The position numbers were made by a program, and so were the translations under genes. A DNA stretch of 64,000 bases from assembly GCF_053078305.1 (NCBI RefSeq), contig NZ_CP166879.1; one strand, 5' to 3'. The notes under the pieces were generated by a model. That model did no database searches. It worked only from the letters and a program-made list of their open reading frames with translations, and was not told where the DNA came from. Of this stretch, positions 44,789 through 56,010 are shown piece by piece (position 1 is the first letter of the stretch; the number at the start of each line of letters is the position of its first letter).

Positions 44789-45390
44789 AATTTTTACCGC
44801 TGCTGGCGCTGCTGATTAGCCCGTTTGTGAGCGCCCTGAGCCTGGACGATCTTCAGCAACGCTTTACCGAACAGCCGGTGATCCGCGCCCATTTCGATCA
44901 AACCCGGACGATTAAAGATCTGCCGCAGCCGCTGCGATCTCAGGGCCAGATGTTGATCGCCCGCGACCAGGGGCTGTTGTGGGATCAAACCTCACCGTTC
45001 CCCATGCAACTATTACTGGACGATAAACGCATGGTGCAGGTGATCAACGGTCAGCCGCCGCAAATCATCACGGCAGAAAACAACCCGCAGATGTTCCAGT
45101 TTAACCACCTGCTGCGCGCGCTGTTCCAGGCCGATCGCAAAGTGCTGGAACAAAACTTCCGCGTCGAATTTGCTGACAAAGGCGAAGGCCGCTGGACGCT
45201 GCGCCTGACGCCGACCACCACGCCGCTGGATAAAATTTTCAACACCATCGATCTCGCCGGGAAAACCTATCTGGAGAGCATTCAACTTAATGATAAACAG
45301 GGCGATCGCACCGATATTGCTCTTACCCAACATCAACTGACGCCAGCGCAACTGACCGATGACGAACGCCAACGTTTTGCCGCCCAGTAA
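44785..45390 (+). CDS. LolA-like outer-membrane lipoprotein carrier protein
   Basis: 201 aa with signal peptide MKFLPLLALLISPFVSA. Confidence 0.65.
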   Translation: MKFLPLLALLISPFVSALSLDDLQQRFTEQPVIRAHFDQTRTIKDLPQPLRSQGQMLIARDQGLLWDQTSPFPMQLLLDDKRMVQVINGQPPQIITAENNPQMFQFNHLLRALFQADRKVLEQNFRVEFADKGEGRWTLRLTPTTTPLDKIFNTIDLAGKTYLESIQLNDKQGDRTDIALTQHQLTPAQLTDDERQRFAAQ

Positions 45391-47677
45391 ACGCCCCGCG
45401 CTGTTATGGGGGCTAGTCTGCCTGGTCATGGCGGCGGCGTTGCTGATCCTGCTGCCGCAATCACGGCTGAACAGTAGCGTGCTGGCTATGTTACCCAAAC
45501 AGGCGATGGGCGATATTCCCCCAGCGCTGAATGACGGCTTTATGCAGCGTCTGGACCGCCAACTGGTGTGGCTGGTCAGCCCCGGTAAAGAGGCTAATCC
45601 CAGGGTCGCTCAGGAGTGGCTGACGCTGCTGCAAAAATCCGCTGCGCTCGGCGACGTTAAAGGACCAATGGATGCCGCCAGCCAGCAAGCGTGGGGAGCG
45701 TTTTTCTGGCAGCACCGCAACGGCCTGATTGACCCCGACACCCGCGCCCGCCTGCAAAACGGTGGCGAAGCGCAGGCGCAGTGGATCCTCTCCCAGCTTT
45801 ATTCCGCATTCTCCGGGGTAAGCGGCAAGGAGCTGCAAAACGATCCGCTGATGTTAATGCGCGGCTCGCAGCTGGCGATGGCGAAAAACGGCCAGCGTTT
45901 GCGGCTGATGGACGGCTGGCTGGTGACGCAGGATCCCCAGGGCAACTACTGGTATCTGCTGCACGGTGAACTGGCGGGATCGTCGTTTGATATGCAGCAA
46001 ACCCACCAGCTCATCACGACCCTGAATACGCTGGAAAAGGATCTGAAAACGCGTTACCCACAGGCGCAGTTGCTCTCGCGCGGCACGGTATTTTACAGCG
46101 ATTACGCCAGTCAACAGGCGAAGCAGGATATCTCAACCCTGGGCGTGGCAACGCTGCTGGGGGTGATATTGCTGATTGTGGCGGTGTTCCGCTCTTTACG
46201 CCCGTTGCTACTTTGCGTGATTTCCATCGGCATCGGCGCACTGGCAGGAACGGTCGCCACATTGTTGATTTTCGGCGAATTACACCTGATGACGCTGGTG
46301 ATGAGCATGAGCGTTATTGGCATTTCCGCTGACTACACGCTCTATTACCTCACCGAACGAATGGTGCACGGCAACGACGTTTCACCGTGGCAAAGCCTGG
46401 CGAAAGTGCGCAATGCCCTGCTGCTGGCGCTGCTCACCACCGTGGCGGCGTATCTGATTATGATGCTCGCCCCCTTCCCCGGCATTCGCCAGATGGCGAT
46501 TTTTGCCGCCGTCGGGTTGAGCGCCTCCTGTCTGACCGTCCTGTTCTGGCATCCGTGGCTGTGCCGTGGCCTGCCGGTGCGTCCGGTTCCGGCGATGGCG
46601 CTGATGCTACGCTGGCTGGCAGCGTGGCGGCGCAATAAAAAACTGTCGCGGGGTCTGCCCGTCGTGCTGGCGCTGTTTTCGCTGGCGGGGATGTCAATGC
46701 TGCGCGTCGATGACGATATCTCGCAGTTACAGGCGCTACCGCAGCATATTCTGGCCCAGGAGAAAGCCATCACCGCTCTGACCGGGCAGAGCGTCGATCA
46801 AAAATGGTTCGTGGTTTACGGCGACTCCCCACAGCAAACATTGCGGCGACTGGAGAAATTTACCACCTCGCTGGAGAATGCGAAAAAAGAGGGGCTTATC
46901 AGCAACTACCGCACCATTCCGCTGAACTCCCTGGCGCGGCAGGAGGAAGATTTACATCTGCTGACAACAGCGGCCCCGACAGTAACAAAAGCACTGCAAA
47001 ATGCCGGGCTGACAACAGTGAACCCGGATCTCAACGCCATGCCAGTGAACGTTGATGAATGGCTGGCAAGCCCCGCCAGTGAAGGCTGGCGTCTGCTGTG
47101 GCTGACGCTGGAAAATGGCGCAAGCAGCGTGCTGGTGCCGGTTGAAGGGGTTAAAAATAGCGCGGCGCTACAGGAAATCTCCAGCTATTACCCTTGTGGC
47201 ATTGCCTGGGTTGATCGCAAAAACACCTTTGATGAATTGTTCGCACTTTACCGTTATGTGTTAACCGGCTTGTTGCTGGTGGCGTTGGCAGTAATTGCCT
47301 GCGGCGCAGTGGCCCGCCTCGGCTGGCGAAAAGGGTTTATCAGCCTTGTACCTTCGGTGCTTTCGCTGGGTTGTGGTCTGGCGGTGCTGGCGATGAGCGG
47401 GCAGGCGGTGAATCTCTTTTCGCTGCTGGCGCTGGTGCTGGTGCTTGGCATCGGCATCAACTACACGCTGTTTTTCAGTAATCCGCGCGGCACACCATTA
47501 ACTTCGCTACTGGCGATCACGCTGGCAATGCTCACCACCTTGCTGACGCTGGGAATGCTGGTATTCAGCGCCACCCAGGCCATCAGCAGTTTTGGCATTG
47601 TGCTGGTGAGCGGTATTTTCACCGCCTTCCTGCTTTCGCCGCTGGCGATGCCCGATAAAAAGAGAACAAAAAAATGA
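45359..47677 (+). CDS. MMPL/RND-family membrane exporter
   Basis: 772 aa with two clusters of transmembrane helices. Confidence 0.75.
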   Translation: MTNANVLPPSKRPALLWGLVCLVMAAALLILLPQSRLNSSVLAMLPKQAMGDIPPALNDGFMQRLDRQLVWLVSPGKEANPRVAQEWLTLLQKSAALGDVKGPMDAASQQAWGAFFWQHRNGLIDPDTRARLQNGGEAQAQWILSQLYSAFSGVSGKELQNDPLMLMRGSQLAMAKNGQRLRLMDGWLVTQDPQGNYWYLLHGELAGSSFDMQQTHQLITTLNTLEKDLKTRYPQAQLLSRGTVFYSDYASQQAKQDISTLGVATLLGVILLIVAVFRSLRPLLLCVISIGIGALAGTVATLLIFGELHLMTLVMSMSVIGISADYTLYYLTERMVHGNDVSPWQSLAKVRNALLLALLTTVAAYLIMMLAPFPGIRQMAIFAAVGLSASCLTVLFWHPWLCRGLPVRPVPAMALMLRWLAAWRRNKKLSRGLPVVLALFSLAGMSMLRVDDDISQLQALPQHILAQEKAITALTGQSVDQKWFVVYGDSPQQTLRRLEKFTTSLENAKKEGLISNYRTIPLNSLARQEEDLHLLTTAAPTVTKALQNAGLTTVNPDLNAMPVNVDEWLASPASEGWRLLWLTLENGASSVLVPVEGVKNSAALQEISSYYPCGIAWVDRKNTFDELFALYRYVLTGLLLVALAVIACGAVARLGWRKGFISLVPSVLSLGCGLAVLAMSGQAVNLFSLLALVLVLGIGINYTLFFSNPRGTPLTSLLAITLAMLTTLLTLGMLVFSATQAISSFGIVLVSGIFTAFLLSPLAMPDKKRTKK

Positions 47678-48258
47678 TCAAACCTACCTTCTGGCGAGCG
47701 CTCGCCCTGACCGCTACGCTTATCCTCACCGGCTGTAGCCACTCGCAACCGGAACAGGAAGGCCGCCCGCAGGCGTGGCTGCAACCTGGCACGCGCATCA
47801 CGCTGCCGGCACCAGGGATTTCACCCGCCGTCAATTCCCAGCAACTGTTGACCGGCAGCTTCAACGGCAAAACCCAGTCGCTGTTAGTGATGCTTAACGC
47901 CGACGACCAGAAAATCACCCTTGCCGGGCTGTCGTCGGTCGGCATTCGCCTGTTTCTGGTGACCTACGATGCAAAAGGGCTACGCGCCGAGCAATCCATC
48001 GTCGTCCCACAGTTGCCGCCCGCAAGTCAGGTTCTGGCTGACGTAATGCTCAGCCACTGGCCGATTAGCGCCTGGCAACCGCAACTTCCCGCTGGCTGGA
48101 CACTTCGCGACAACGGTGACAAACGCGAACTGCGTAACGCCAGCGGCAAACTGGTCACGGAAATCACCTATCTGAATCGCCAGGGAAAACGCGTGCCAAT
48201 CAGCATTGAGCAGCATGTCTTTAAATACCACATCACCATTCAATACTTAGGTGACTGA
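47674..48258 (+). CDS. Lipoprotein (DUF3261-like)
   Basis: 194 aa; lipobox LTGC at the N-terminus. Confidence 0.6.
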   Translation: MIKPTFWRALALTATLILTGCSHSQPEQEGRPQAWLQPGTRITLPAPGISPAVNSQQLLTGSFNGKTQSLLVMLNADDQKITLAGLSSVGIRLFLVTYDAKGLRAEQSIVVPQLPPASQVLADVMLSHWPISAWQPQLPAGWTLRDNGDKRELRNASGKLVTEITYLNRQGKRVPISIEQHVFKYHITIQYLGD

Positions 48259-48259
48259 T

Positions 48260-49429
48260 ATGATTTATATTTCCGCCGTCGGCATGATCAACGCCCTGGG
48301 AAATAACCTTGACGAAATCGCAGCCAACCTAGCTCGCGGTGTCGCCCCCGGAATGCGCCCACGCGCAGGCTGGTTGCAGGGGCATCCGCAGGCGGTCCTG
48401 GCTGGCGTGGATGGCGAGCTTCCGCTTATCCCGGAAAAATTCGCTGCGCATCGCTCGCGCAACAATCAGATCCTGCTGGCGGCGCTGGCGCAGCTCCAGC
48501 CGCAGGTTGATGACGCTATAGCGAAATATGGTCGCGAGCGCATCGCGATTGTACTTGGCACCAGCACCTCCGGCCTGCATGAAGGCGACACGCACGTTAA
48601 CCTACGCACCCACGGGCAGCCGAGCACCACATGGCACTACGCGCAACAGGAACTCGGCGATCCGTCGCGTTTTCTCAGCCACTGGCTGGCGCTCGACGGC
48701 CCGGCCTATACCCTTTCAACCGCCTGCTCTTCCAGCGCCAGAGCGATAATCAGCGGGCGCAGGCTTATCGAAGCGGGGCTGGTCGATGCCGCCATTGTGG
48801 GTGGTGCAGACACCCTGAGCCGGATGCCGATTAACGGTTTTCACAGCCTCGAATCGCTGTCGCCAACCTTATGTCAGCCGTTTGGTCGTGACCGCGCAGG
48901 TATCACCATTGGTGAAGGGGCGGGGCTAATGCTGCTGACCCGGGAACCGCAGCCCATCGCGTTGCTGGGCGTTGGTGAATCGAGCGACGCTTACCATATT
49001 TCAGCCCCGCATCCGCAGGGCGAAGGAGCGATCCGCGCTATTAATCAGGCGCTGACCGATGCGCAGCTTACGCCGGATGACGTCGGCTATATCAACCTGC
49101 ACGGCACCGCCACACAGCTCAACGACCAGATTGAATCAATGGTGGTTAACGCCCTGTTTGGCGAACGCGTACCGTGCAGCTCCACCAAACATTTGACCGG
49201 ACACACGCTGGGCGCAGCGGGCATTACCGAGGCGGCAATTAGTATGTTGATTTTACAGCGTGATTTACCGCTGCCCGCTCAGGACTTCAGCCTGTCGCCG
49301 CGCGATCCCACGCTGCCACCGTGTGGCATTATCGAAAAACCGCAGCCGCTGGCACGTCCGGTGATCCTGTCCAATTCCTTCGCCTTTGGCGGCAATAACG
49401 CCAGCATTCTGCTCGGGAGGGTTTCGTGA
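48260..49429 (+). CDS. Beta-ketoacyl-ACP synthase
   Basis: About 390 aa; thiolase-fold active-site region TACSSS; start could be GTG 48251 instead. Confidence 0.8.
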   Translation: MIYISAVGMINALGNNLDEIAANLARGVAPGMRPRAGWLQGHPQAVLAGVDGELPLIPEKFAAHRSRNNQILLAALAQLQPQVDDAIAKYGRERIAIVLGTSTSGLHEGDTHVNLRTHGQPSTTWHYAQQELGDPSRFLSHWLALDGPAYTLSTACSSSARAIISGRRLIEAGLVDAAIVGGADTLSRMPINGFHSLESLSPTLCQPFGRDRAGITIGEGAGLMLLTREPQPIALLGVGESSDAYHISAPHPQGEGAIRAINQALTDAQLTPDDVGYINLHGTATQLNDQIESMVVNALFGERVPCSSTKHLTGHTLGAAGITEAAISMLILQRDLPLPAQDFSLSPRDPTLPPCGIIEKPQPLARPVILSNSFAFGGNNASILLGRVS

Positions 49430-49890
49430 GCCACTATTTATCCCCCGGCGCTTATCTGCCCCACGACGCGCCCATGTTACTGCTGGAAGACGTGGTGAGC
49501 GTCAGCGATGACAGCGCGGTGTGCCGCGTGACGGTTTCGCCCAGTGGCGTACTGGCACCGTTTCTCGACCCGGACGGCAATCTCCCTGGCTGGTTTGCCC
49601 TTGAACTGATGGCGCAAACCGTCGGCGTCTGGTCTGGCTGGCATCGCCACCAGCAGGGCAAAAACAGTATTGAGTTAGGGATGATACTGGGCGCGCGTGA
49701 ATTGCTTTGCGCCGCTGGCATTCTGCCCGCAGGCCAGACGCTGACCATTACCGTCAAACTGCTGATGCAGGACGATCGCTTCGGCAGTTTTGAGTGCAGC
49801 ATCAACGACGGCGAGGCGACGGGCCGCATTAACACCTTCCAGCCGACCGCGGAAGAACTTACCACCCTGTTTCAACAAGGAGCGTCCTGA
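49426..49890 (+). CDS. Hot-dog fold 3-hydroxyacyl-ACP dehydratase (FabA/FabZ-like)
   Basis: 154 aa; GTGA overlap with the preceding KS gene. Confidence 0.65.
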   Translation: MSHYLSPGAYLPHDAPMLLLEDVVSVSDDSAVCRVTVSPSGVLAPFLDPDGNLPGWFALELMAQTVGVWSGWHRHQQGKNSIELGMILGARELLCAAGILPAGQTLTITVKLLMQDDRFGSFECSINDGEATGRINTFQPTAEELTTLFQQGAS

Positions 49891-50621
49891 TGAGTCGTTC
49901 AGTTCTGGTTACTGGTGCCAGCAAAGGCATTGGTCGCGCCATCGCCTGCCAACTGGCGGCAGACGGCTTTAACATTGGCGTTCACTATCACCGTGACGCC
50001 ACAGGCGCTCAGGAAACGCTGAATGCCATTGTCGCCAACGGGGGTAACGGGCGTTTGCTCAGTTTCGACGTCGCAAACCGCGAACAGTGTCGGGAAGTGC
50101 TGGAGCATGAGATCGCGCAACACGGTGCCTGGTACGGCGTGGTCAGTAACGCCGGGATCGCCCGCGATGCCGCTTTTCCGGCTTTAAGCGATGACGACTG
50201 GGATGCGGTGATCCACACCAATCTCGACAGTTTCTACAACGTCATTCAGCCGTGCATTATGCCAATGATCGGCGCGCGCCAGGGTGGGCGCATCATCACG
50301 CTGTCCTCGGTTTCCGGCGTAATGGGCAATCGCGGCCAGGTGAATTACAGCGCTGCCAAAGCCGGAATTATCGGCGCAACAAAAGCGCTGGCTATCGAAC
50401 TCGCAAAGCGCAAAATCACCGTCAATTGCATCGCGCCAGGGCTTATTGATACCGGGATGATCGAAATGGAAGAGAGCGCTCTGAAAGAGGCAATGTCGAT
50501 GATCCCCATGAAACGTATGGGCCAGGCGGAAGAAGTTGCCGGGCTTGCCAGTTATTTAATGTCTGATATTGCGGGTTACGTCACCCGCCAGGTTATTTCC
50601 ATCAACGGAGGGATGTTATGA
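49890..50621 (+). CDS. 3-oxoacyl-ACP reductase (SDR family, FabG-like)
   Basis: 243 aa; TGASKGIGRA Rossmann motif and YSAAK catalytic motif. Confidence 0.85.
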   Translation: MSRSVLVTGASKGIGRAIACQLAADGFNIGVHYHRDATGAQETLNAIVANGGNGRLLSFDVANREQCREVLEHEIAQHGAWYGVVSNAGIARDAAFPALSDDDWDAVIHTNLDSFYNVIQPCIMPMIGARQGGRIITLSSVSGVMGNRGQVNYSAAKAGIIGATKALAIELAKRKITVNCIAPGLIDTGMIEMEESALKEAMSMIPMKRMGQAEEVAGLASYLMSDIAGYVTRQVISINGGML

Positions 50622-51847
50622 CACGTCGCGTAGTGATTACAGGAATGGGTGGCGTGACTGCCTTTGGTGAAAACTGGCAGGACGTTTCTGCACGCTTACT
50701 GGCGTATGAAAATGCGGTGCGCAAAATGCCGGAGTGGCAGGTCTACGACGGGCTGCACACCCTGCTTGGCGCGCCTGTTGATGATTTCACGCTACCGGAG
50801 CACTACACCCGCAAGCGTATCCGTGCGATGGGCCGCGTGTCGCAAATGTCGACCCGTGCCAGCGAGCTGGCGTTAGAGCAGGCAGGGTTGATTGGCGATC
50901 CGATATTAACCAGCGGCGAAACGGGCATTGCGTACGGTTCATCGACCGGCAGTACCGGCCCGGTAAGCGAGTTCGCCACCATGCTGACGGAAAAGCACAC
51001 CAATAACATCACTGGCACCACCTATGTGCAGATGATGCCGCACACCACCGCCGTTAATACTGGCCTCTTTTTCGGCCTGCGCGGGCGGGTGATCCCAACC
51101 TCCAGCGCCTGTACTTCCGGCAGCCAGGCAATCGGTTATGCGTGGGAAGCCATTCGCCACGGTTATCAAACGGTGATGGTTGCTGGTGGTGCCGAAGAGT
51201 TATGTCCTTCAGAAGCAGCGGTATTTGATACGCTTTTCGCCACCAGCCAGCACAATGATGCGCCGAAAACCACACCTTCACCGTTCGATGAAAACCGCGA
51301 CGGGCTGGTGATTGGTGAAGGCGCAGGTACGCTCATTCTCGAAGAACTGGAGCACGCCAAAGCGCGCGGCGCGACCATTTACGGTGAAATCGTCGGCTTT
51401 GCGACTAACTGCGACGCGGCACATATTACCCAGCCGCAGCGCGAAACCATGCAGTATTGTATGGAGCAATCGCTGAAAATCGCCGGGTTAAGCGCACAAG
51501 ATATCGGCTATATTTCAGCGCATGGTACGGCGACCGATCGCGGTGATATGGCAGAAAGTCTGGCGACAGCAACCATTTACGGTGATAATGTGCCGCTCTC
51601 CTCGCTGAAAAGTTATTTTGGTCATACGCTTGGTGCCTGTGGCGCGCTCGAAGCCTGGATGAGTCTGCAAATGATGCGCGAAGGTTGGTTTGCGCCTACG
51701 CTAAACCTGAATAAACCAGACCCGAACTGTGGCGCGCTGGATTACATCATGCATGAAGCCCGAAAGGTTGATTGTGAGTTTTTGCAGAGTAACAACTTTG
51801 CCTTTGGCGGCATTAATACATCCATCATCATTAAGCGCTGGCCCTGA
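50618..51847 (+). CDS. Beta-ketoacyl-ACP synthase II-like
   Basis: 409 aa; KS active-site region SSACTSGS; last gene of the cluster, followed by a hairpin. Confidence 0.85.
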   Translation: MTRRVVITGMGGVTAFGENWQDVSARLLAYENAVRKMPEWQVYDGLHTLLGAPVDDFTLPEHYTRKRIRAMGRVSQMSTRASELALEQAGLIGDPILTSGETGIAYGSSTGSTGPVSEFATMLTEKHTNNITGTTYVQMMPHTTAVNTGLFFGLRGRVIPTSSACTSGSQAIGYAWEAIRHGYQTVMVAGGAEELCPSEAAVFDTLFATSQHNDAPKTTPSPFDENRDGLVIGEGAGTLILEELEHAKARGATIYGEIVGFATNCDAAHITQPQRETMQYCMEQSLKIAGLSAQDIGYISAHGTATDRGDMAESLATATIYGDNVPLSSLKSYFGHTLGACGALEAWMSLQMMREGWFAPTLNLNKPDPNCGALDYIMHEARKVDCEFLQSNNFAFGGINTSIIIKRWP

Positions 51848-52729
51848 GTTATACAACCACATGGACATCCCATGTGGTGATTCTTCAAAAAATCTGAATC
51901 AATGAATATGAACCTCATCCACATTCAACCATTCTTTTGTTTACCATCTGGTTGTCGCCCCCCCTCCAAAAAGCAAATTCTCTTACGCATACTGGAGAGT
52001 ATTCCGTATAAAGATTCAGCTGGCAAAACTTTATCAGTCTGTAAAAACTAACGGAAGAGTCGATATTTCTCCCGTCCATCACCGGATGATTGTTGCAATA
52101 ACCCATAGCATCAGAGACTGAACAGCAGTTTTTAAAGCAACGTATTGCTCTGATGTATCAGGCTGGGCAACCCGAAAAAAAACTTTCCACCCGACATTGT
52201 CCGCTAGCACTTATCACCCGCCAGGTCTGTTGCAGTAAATCCACCAGTTGTGAACATGCTTCATCACCTGTCACACTGGCTCGCGGATGGCAAATGCTCG
52301 TCTGGCTGAGCAGCAACAGGCATCGTATTGTTGCTCCTCCATGTAGTTGTTCCCGCAACCAGCGTAATACCAGCGGCGATGATGGACTGGTCGTGTGATT
52401 ACGCTCAGTAATACGTTCATAAAAGGAAGTACAGAATGCATGAATCTGTTGCCCGTTGATATTTCCTTCTGCCGAATGGAGTGTGAAGTGGACTGCCAGC
52501 AGATGCGTCCAGTGGTCCACCGCCTGCTGAACAAAACGCCGGATGTCTCCCTGCTCTGAAAATAACGCTTCGGTTATTTGCACGAAATACTACTCCTTCA
52601 GACTCTGTTAAGTTTTGTTTGTTAAATCGGTGCAGACCTGCAGGAAAGCACGCAAGCACCGGCACAGTACGATATAAACATCCGGTACCGGGGATACGAA
52701 TGGAATGACGAATACGCCAGAAAAGGGAT

Positions 52730-54081
52730 AACAACCTTCCTCAGAATGGTGAAATCATTCGCTATGGCGAAGTTATCGGTTACGCGGTACGCGATGTCGC
52801 CAAAGGCAGCTGGATCGACGAATCCACGGTCACGCTGCCGAAAGCGCCGCCGCTGGAAGATTACACCTTTGAAGGTTACCGCAACGCCGACGGCAGCGTG
52901 GGCACCAAAAACCTGTTGGGTATTACCACCAGCGTGCACTGCATGGCAGACGTTGTGAACTACGTGGTTAAAATTATCGAACGCAACCTGCTGCCGAAAT
53001 ACCCGAGCATCGACGGAGTGGTCGACTTGAACCACCTCTACGGCTGTGGCGTAGCGATTAATGCACCGACCGCCGTGGTGCCAATTCACACCATCCATAA
53101 TATTGCGCTGAACCCAAACTTCGGTGGCGAAGTGATGGTGGTGGGTCTCGGTTGCGAAAAGCTACAGCCATAGCGCCTGCAGAAAGGTACGGAAGATGTG
53201 CAGAGCATCCCGGTCGACAGAGCCAGCATCGTACGCCTACAGGACGAACAGCACGTTGGCTTTAAATCAATGGTCGACGATATCCTGCAGGTTGCCGCAC
53301 ACCATCTGGAAAAACTCAACCAGGCCAGCGCGTCACCTGCCCGGCCTCCGAGCTGGTGGTGGGCATGCACTGCGGTGGCAGCGACGCGTTCTCCGGCGTT
53401 ACCGCTAACCCCGCTGTCGGCTACGCCTCTGACCTGCTGGTGCGCTGCGGCGCAACGGTGATGTTCTCCGAAGTCACTGATGTACACGACGCCATTCATC
53501 TGTTAACGCCGCTCGCCATCAATGAAGAAGTTGGCAGGTGTCTGCTCGAAGAGATGGCCTGATACGATAACTATCCCGATATGGGCAAAACCGACCGCAG
53601 CGCCAACCCTTCGCCGGGCAACAAAAAGGGCGGCCTCGCCAACGTGGTAAAGAAGGCACTCGGCTCCATTGCTAAATCGGGTAAAACCGCAATTGTTGAA
53701 GTGCTGTCGCCCGGTCAACACCCGACTAAACGCGGATTAATTTACGCCGCGACGCCAGCCAGCGATTTTATCTGTGGCACGCAACAGGTGGCTTCGGGTA
53801 TCACCGTGCAAGTGTTTACGACCGGCCGTGGTACGCCGTACGGCCTGATGGCGGTACCCGTCATTAAAATGGCGACCCGCACCGGGCAGGCGAACCGCTG
53901 GTTTGATTTAATGGATATTAACGCGGGCACTATCGCTACCGGCGAAGAGACTATTGAAGAGGTGGGCTGGAAGTTGTTCCACTTTATTCTCGACGTCGCC
54001 AGCGGGAAGAAGAAAACCTTCTCGGATCAATGGGGATTGCATAACCAGCTGGCAGTGTTTAACCCGGCACCGGTGGTCTGA
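52730..54081 (+). pseudogene. garD: Galactarate dehydratase, 5'-truncated with frameshifts and an internal TGA
   Basis: Translation matches GarD only from about residue 60 ([18 protein letters not shown]...); frame breaks near 53170 and 53320; TGG to TGA at EEMA*YDNY (about 53560). Confidence 0.8.
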
Positions 54082-54143
54082 TATTCTCTTCATACATCAA
54101 GTTGTATTATGCCCGATAACGCTTGTTTATCGGGCATAGTGAA

Positions 54144-54715
54144 TCACAGCGAAGACGCGAGCTCCCCGACCAGTATCACTTCAACCCCAGCCTTTCGCAG
54201 GCCTTCCAGACTATCCGCAGGAATGCCTTCATCAACAATGATCATGTCGATACGTTGAGTATCAATGATCTTATGTAAACTGGAACGATTGAACTTACTG
54301 GAATCGGTGACCACGATGATCCGTTCCGCAACTTCGCACATCCGACGGTTTAAACGGGCTTCATCTTCATTATGCGTGCTGATGCCGCACTCCAGATCGA
54401 TCGCATCTACACCAAGAAACAGCATATCGAAGTGGTAATTTTGCAGCGATTGCTCAGCCTGATCACCGTAAAAAGATTGCGACTGACGGTGTCAGTGCTA
54501 TCGCAGATCAACGCGCCACCATAGGCACACACAGCGATCCCCTGCTTTTCCAGAAACGCCAGATCGTTGCGGATCGTCACAGTAGATACGCCATACAATG
54601 CCGACAGATCGTTAACCTGCACACTCCCTTGCTGTCGCAGACGCTGAATGATCTGTTCTCGTCGCTCGCTGGTGCCTGTCACTCGCTTCTCACCTGAAGC
54701 GTCGGTATTACTCAT
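54144..54715 (-). pseudogene. agaR: DeoR-family repressor AgaR with internal deletion and frameshift
   Basis: N-terminal 70 residues ([30 protein letters not shown]...) and C-terminal about 90 residues (...[12 protein letters not shown]...) lie in different frames; roughly 90 central codons missing. Confidence 0.8.
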
Positions 54716-54963
54716 AGTAAGTCCTTTCGTAAAACTTTCGTTTCATTTCGTTTTGCCTATTAACGCCTTTCTATTAAGCAAATGCAAGCCCACACTGCCC
54801 ATTGGCGCAAGCTACTCTCGTTTCAGTGACTTTCATTATGTTTCTTTTGTGAATCAGATCAGAAAACCCGTACCTTTCGTTTTGTTTTTATCTCACCATG
54901 ATGCAGTATCAACTGAAACAAAACGAAAGATTAATATCGCAGTAATCGGAACTGGAGAGGAAA

Positions 54964-55587
54964 GTGAAACATCTGACAGAAATGGTGAGGCAGCACAAAG
55001 CGGGCAAAACAAATGGGATTTATGCCGTTTGTTCCGCACATCCGCTGGTGCTGGAAGCTGCAATCCGCTACGCCAGTGCAAACCAAACGCCGTTACTGAT
55101 TGAAGCAACCTCCAATCAGGTGGACCAGTTCAGCGGTTATACCGGAATGACGCCCGCCGATTTTCGCAGCTTTGTTTGTCAGCTCGCCGACTCGTTGAAT
55201 TTCCCGCAGGATGCGCTGATGCTGGGTGGTGATCATCTGCGACCAAAATCGCTGGTCGATAGCGAAACGCTTATCGTGGTGTACATCTCCAGCCACCCTT
55301 ACACGCGCCAGTACGACCTGGGTCTGCTGACAGAACTGCGCCACGATCGTCAGGCAATGCGCGTGATCGCAATTGCGGTGGAAACGGATGCCATCATCGA
55401 AGCGGGCCCGCATATCCTGTTGCCTCCTTCCCGTTCGTTTATCGACATGGAACAGGCGTTCTGCTTCCTGATGTACGCCCAGGTCTTTGTGCTGGCTCAG
55501 TCGATTCATGTTGGCAATACGCCAGATCTCCCCTCTGCCAGCGGCACGGTTAACCGTGTGGTGCAAGGTGTGATTATTCATCCATAG
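54964..55587 (+). pseudogene. kbaZ: Deletion fusion of kbaZ 5' portion to the 3' end of a SIS-domain isomerase (agaS-like)
   Basis: First about 95 codons match KbaZ ([37 protein letters not shown]...GGDHL), then switches to a SIS-domain C-terminus (...[17 protein letters not shown]); intervening genes absent. Confidence 0.7.
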
Positions 55588-55596
55588 CGGGCTTAA

Positions 55597-55926
<330 letters not shown>

Positions 55927-56010
55927 TGCGCATAGCGTGCAGGTGATCATCGGAGCGCAGGTACAGAGCGTCAAAACCGGCATTGAAGCCTTAATTTAAC
56001 AGGAGGAGTG

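Noticed and set aside
52158-52734. Minus-strand ORFs 52158..52583 (141 aa), 52271..52534 and 52417..52734 between the polyene cluster and garD
   Set aside because: Three mutually overlapping frames with no recognisable domain, start-site signal or match to known garD-neighbouring genes; possibly decayed remnants, but not supportable as a feature.
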